A stretch of 64,000 nucleotides of DNA from Nitrosopumilus sp. (GTDB lineage: Archaea > Thermoproteota > Nitrososphaeria > Nitrososphaerales > Nitrosopumilaceae), in assembly GCA_965207075.1 (NCBI GenBank), contig CBDBLO010000002.1, positions 384,001 through 448,000 on the forward strand, read 5' to 3'. The notes beneath the pieces were generated by a model. It worked only from the letters and a program-made list of their open reading frames with translations, searched no databases and was not told where the DNA came from. Every line of letters begins with the position of its first letter. Position 1 is the first letter of the stretch. Shown here piece after piece: positions 61,362 to 64,000 of this stretch. Position numbers and translations under genes: made by a program.

Positions 61362-61640
61362 GCCATACCGGAGTGGGCAAAGATCAGCGCCGGGTGGTGG
61401 GCCGAAGGCGCGCTGGACGACGGCGCGTTCCTACAGTCTATACAGTATCTGATCGACTAGGGAGTCATCCAGATCCCAGCAACGGAGGCCGGGGGTGCCG
61501 AGGGCGCGGACAAGATACCGACATGGGTGAGGACCAGCGCCGGGTGGTGGGCTGAAGGCGCCATTGACGATGACACGTTCGTGCGGTCCATACAGTTCCT
61601 CGTACAGAGCGGGGTCATAGTCGTCGTTGAGTCCGAATGA
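61362..61640 (+). pseudogene. Remnant of a thaumarchaeal surface-protein C-terminal domain (two IPxW...AGWWA repeats)
   Basis: IPEWAKISAGWWAEGALDDGAFLQSIQYLID*GVIQIP...IPTWVRTSAGWWAEGAIDDDTFVRSIQFLVQSGVI; in-frame TAG at 61458 and no 5' part. Confidence 0.8.
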
Positions 61641-61863
61641 TGGCGACGGACGCTGTCCGAGGACCATGGATGTACTGTTCGAGCGGTTTAACCTCCCCTT
61701 GACGTACAATCAGGGAATAACACTCGGCCGTGGAAAAGCCGACTTGGTGGATTCAAAGTCGACAAAGTCTACAACATTGTAGACTCTTGTGCCTGCCTAC
61801 CTGCTTGCCTACCTGTCTGCCAAGTCGACAAAGTCGTCAGTGCTGACGACTTTGTCGACACCT

Positions 61864-61992
61864 GCGCCCGGAGCCCCCCTGGAGTCAGCGGAGCCGACTG
61901 AGCCTAGCGCCCGGAGCCCCCCTGGAGTCAGCGGAGCCGACTGAGCCTAGCGCCCGGAGCCCCCCTGGAGTCAGCGGAGCCGACTGAGCCTA
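61864..61992 (+). repeat. 43-bp exact tandem repeat, 3 copies
   Basis: gcgcccggagcccccctggagtcagcggagccgactgagccta starting at 61864, 61907 and 61950. Confidence 0.95.
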
Positions 61993-62713
61993 CAAGATGG
62001 ACAGGTGCCCGCCTTGGGCGGAGCCCAGGGTGGGCCTCTGGACATGCCCGCGACGTCTCGTGTTCTGGACGGCTGACGGTGGTAGGATCACGGATGCCTT
62101 GGGAAGCCTGCGCCGGGAACGGAGTTGGAACGATCCGATCCAGAACGTACCCGGGCGCGAAGTGCGTGTCACCATAGCGCGATCGGCGTACGTTGGGAGA
62201 ATTGACCGGTGAATTTTGGCGCTTCCGGGCGAGTTTGAGCAAGGATCTGGAGCTTGCCAAAAGGTACATCGGGGCAGCTGCTGGATGCCGCGAAATGACG
62301 GCGCGACATACAGGTGGCGCGCCGTAGATGCAGAAGGAGTGTTGGTGTGATGCCGTTGACTTGCCCGACCCGGATAGTTGGCGCGCGATGACGTTGAATG
62401 ACAACCGCGCGTCGGGAAGAGTGGAAGTTGTGGGATACCTGAGAAATTGACAGTTGAGCGCAGGGCGCCTGTTGGCTGAGGGGGACAACGGAGCGACCTC
62501 GGAGGGAACCGATGAGGTCGCGGGAAATGCTTCCATCACCACAACGCGCAACATTGCGCCGATCCCGCGGGCGCTCACGATGAATGCCAGCTTGGAGAGT
62601 GAGCGCGCGGCGCTTCAAGATGATCCCTCCGTGTGGAATGTGTCGGGGAAGATCTGGCTGTCGTTCAGGTATTGTTCTATGTGCGAAGGGGGTAGCAGAT
62701 AAATGCCATCAGC

Positions 62714-62841
62714 CCGCGAGCGCGCTTCACATGCTTAGCGCGCGTGCCGCGAGCGCGCTTCACATGCTTAGCGCGCGTGCCGCGAGCGCGCTTCACATGC
62801 TTAGCGCGCGTGCCGCGAGCGCGCTTCACATGCTTAGCGCG
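62714..62841 (+). repeat. 33-bp exact tandem repeat, about 3.9 copies, internally palindromic
   Basis: ccgcgagcgcgcttcacatgcttagcgcgcgtg at 62714, 62747, 62780 and 62813; stem GCGCGCT/AGCGCGC; ends at the IS3 terminus. Confidence 0.95.
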
Positions 62842-62901
62842 TGGAGTGGACCCCCTGTTTTGGTACCATTTCTTGCTCCAAAATCCGAATGATTCCTGCC
62901 C

Positions 62902-63735
62902 TCATTTATTCGTCATCTCCCACAGTTCGACAAACTCTGCCGGTGTCATGTACCCGATAGAGGAGTGTATCCGCTCTTTGTTGTAGTCGGCAATGGCTTC
63001 TGCAATGATCTTCTCTGCCTCCTGGTAATTGGCAAACTCATGCGGCCAGATGTACTCCTTTTTGAGGGTCTTGTGGAACGACTCGACGTGCCCGTTCTGC
63101 TCCGGTGTGTTCTTCCAGATGAACTCGTGCTTGCCGATGCCCAGGGCCCGGACCGCGCGCCTGAAGTCTCGGCTCGCGTACTGGTTGCCGTTGTCAGTGC
63201 GCAGCCGCAGCCTGGAGCAGTCGGGCCTTTCCGCGGCGACCGCGTTTGTGATCGAGTCGATTGCCACGTCCCTCGTGGCATGGACGTCAAACGCGTACGC
63301 GATCCACTTGCGCGTAAAGCAGTCTATCACGTTGAAACAGTAGCACCAGCCGTCAATGCCGCACCAGACGTACGTGATGTCAGTCTCCCACAGCCGGTTC
63401 GGGGCCTCTGGCTTGAAGAGCCTGCGGCCTGCCCGGATGATGTCGTTTTTCGTCTTTTGCGGCTGGATGTAGCCTATCCTGCGGTATATCCGCTGCACTT
63501 TCTTGCGGTTTGTGGACACGCCGGTCTCGCGGGCCACCTGGGCCGCCATTCTTCTGGTTCCATACGTGGGACGCCTGGCCGCAATGCGCCTGACCACCCG
63601 GACGGCGTCCGCGTCCACCGGGACGTTCCTTGGACGCGCAGTGTAATACCATGCCTGCTTGGACATGCCGCAGTATCCCAGCGCCCTGTTGAGGCTCATA
63701 TATTTCGCTGCCTTGGTGACTGCCTCCATCCTCAT
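62902..63735 (-). CDS. IS3-family transposase OrfB (rve integrase core)
   Basis: YGTRRM, PNRLWETDITY, VIDCFTR, RTDNGNQY, PEQNGHVESFHKTLKKE, YNKERIHSSIGYMTP. Confidence 0.95.
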   Translation of the reverse strand: MRMEAVTKAAKYMSLNRALGYCGMSKQAWYYTARPRNVPVDADAVRVVRRIAARRPTYGTRRMAAQVARETGVSTNRKKVQRIYRRIGYIQPQKTKNDIIRAGRRLFKPEAPNRLWETDITYVWCGIDGWCYCFNVIDCFTRKWIAYAFDVHATRDVAIDSITNAVAAERPDCSRLRLRTDNGNQYASRDFRRAVRALGIGKHEFIWKNTPEQNGHVESFHKTLKKEYIWPHEFANYQEAEKIIAEAIADYNKERIHSSIGYMTPAEFVELWEMTNK

Positions 63736-64000
63736 CTTTTTGCCCCCTCCAAAGTTTTTTTTAAAACGTCGTTGGCTATGGTGATCTCTGCGATTATGCG
63801 CTTGAGGTGTTCAATCTCCCGGACGTGGCTCTTGTCAACGTCCCCGTGGCTGGCAAGCGCCTGCTTGCCACCCTGCAGGAACTTGTCCTTCCAGTCCTGG
63901 AAGGTCGCAGGGGAGACATTGTGCTTGCGGCACAGCTCGGCGGCAGATATGCGGGTGGTAAAAAACTCCACCACCGCGTCGGCCTTGTCTTGCGGGCTGC
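63732..64000 (-). CDS. IS3-family transposase OrfA (partial)
   Basis: AELCRKHNVSPATFQDWK HTH; ends LKKTLEGAKR with an A8 slippery run and ATGA overlap with orfB. Confidence 0.88.
   Translation of the reverse strand, partial: SPQDKADAVVEFFTTRISAAELCRKHNVSPATFQDWKDKFLQGGKQALASHGDVDKSHVREIEHLKRIIAEITIANDVLKKTLEGAKR

Larger units (their letters stand above)
62842..64000 (-). mobile_element. IS3-family element (other end outside the window)
   Basis: Probable terminus TGGAGTGGACCCCCTGTTTTGGTACCA at 62842; orfA/orfB pair. Confidence 0.85.

Noticed and set aside
61458-61460. Pyrrolysine or stop read-through at the in-frame TAG
   Set aside because: The fragment lacks its 5' part and lies among IS debris; a nonsense mutation in a pseudogene is simpler.
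61995-62700. Possible decayed gene between the two tandem arrays
   Set aside because: Only short ORFs with no recognisable motif; cannot be assigned without a homology search.
61864-62841. CRISPR array interpretation of the 43-bp and 33-bp repeats
   Set aside because: Units are head-to-tail with no unique spacers, and there are no cas genes in the window.

Overview
Archaeal DNA from an ammonia-oxidising Nitrososphaerota/Thaumarchaeota member (Nitrosopumilaceae-like; the GC-rich core and many IS elements suggest a Cenarchaeum-like symbiont, which is inference). About 1-37.7 kb is a conserved core block: S-layer-like and CFI-box-CTERM surface proteins, rhomboid, thiolase+DUF35, an HTH/ATP-cone/NrdD-like pseudo-enzyme upstream of class II RNR (nrdJ), nep1, tRNA-Gly(TCC), rnp4, rps19e, a CDF transporter, the riboflavin cluster, an aldehyde dehydrogenase, tfe, trm56, hflX, phoU, nac and ubiD, plus one intact ISH3-type insertion. 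From about 37.8 kb to the end is an IS-rich, partly AT-rich accessory/defence island. Its best signal is a Type ISP/IIG-like methyltransferase in which an (AG)16 tract separates two diverged copies of a specificity-region segment held in different reading frames, so each of the three frames gives a different product (candidate three-state phase-variable switch). The methyltransferase is coupled to a PLD-SNF2 helicase whose last codons are interrupted by an IS5. Next to it, a 6-kb segment bounded by matching IS630 ends carries gene modules separated by three copies of a ~130-200-bp non-coding repeat. All calls come from reading the sequence and recognising motifs; no database searches were run.
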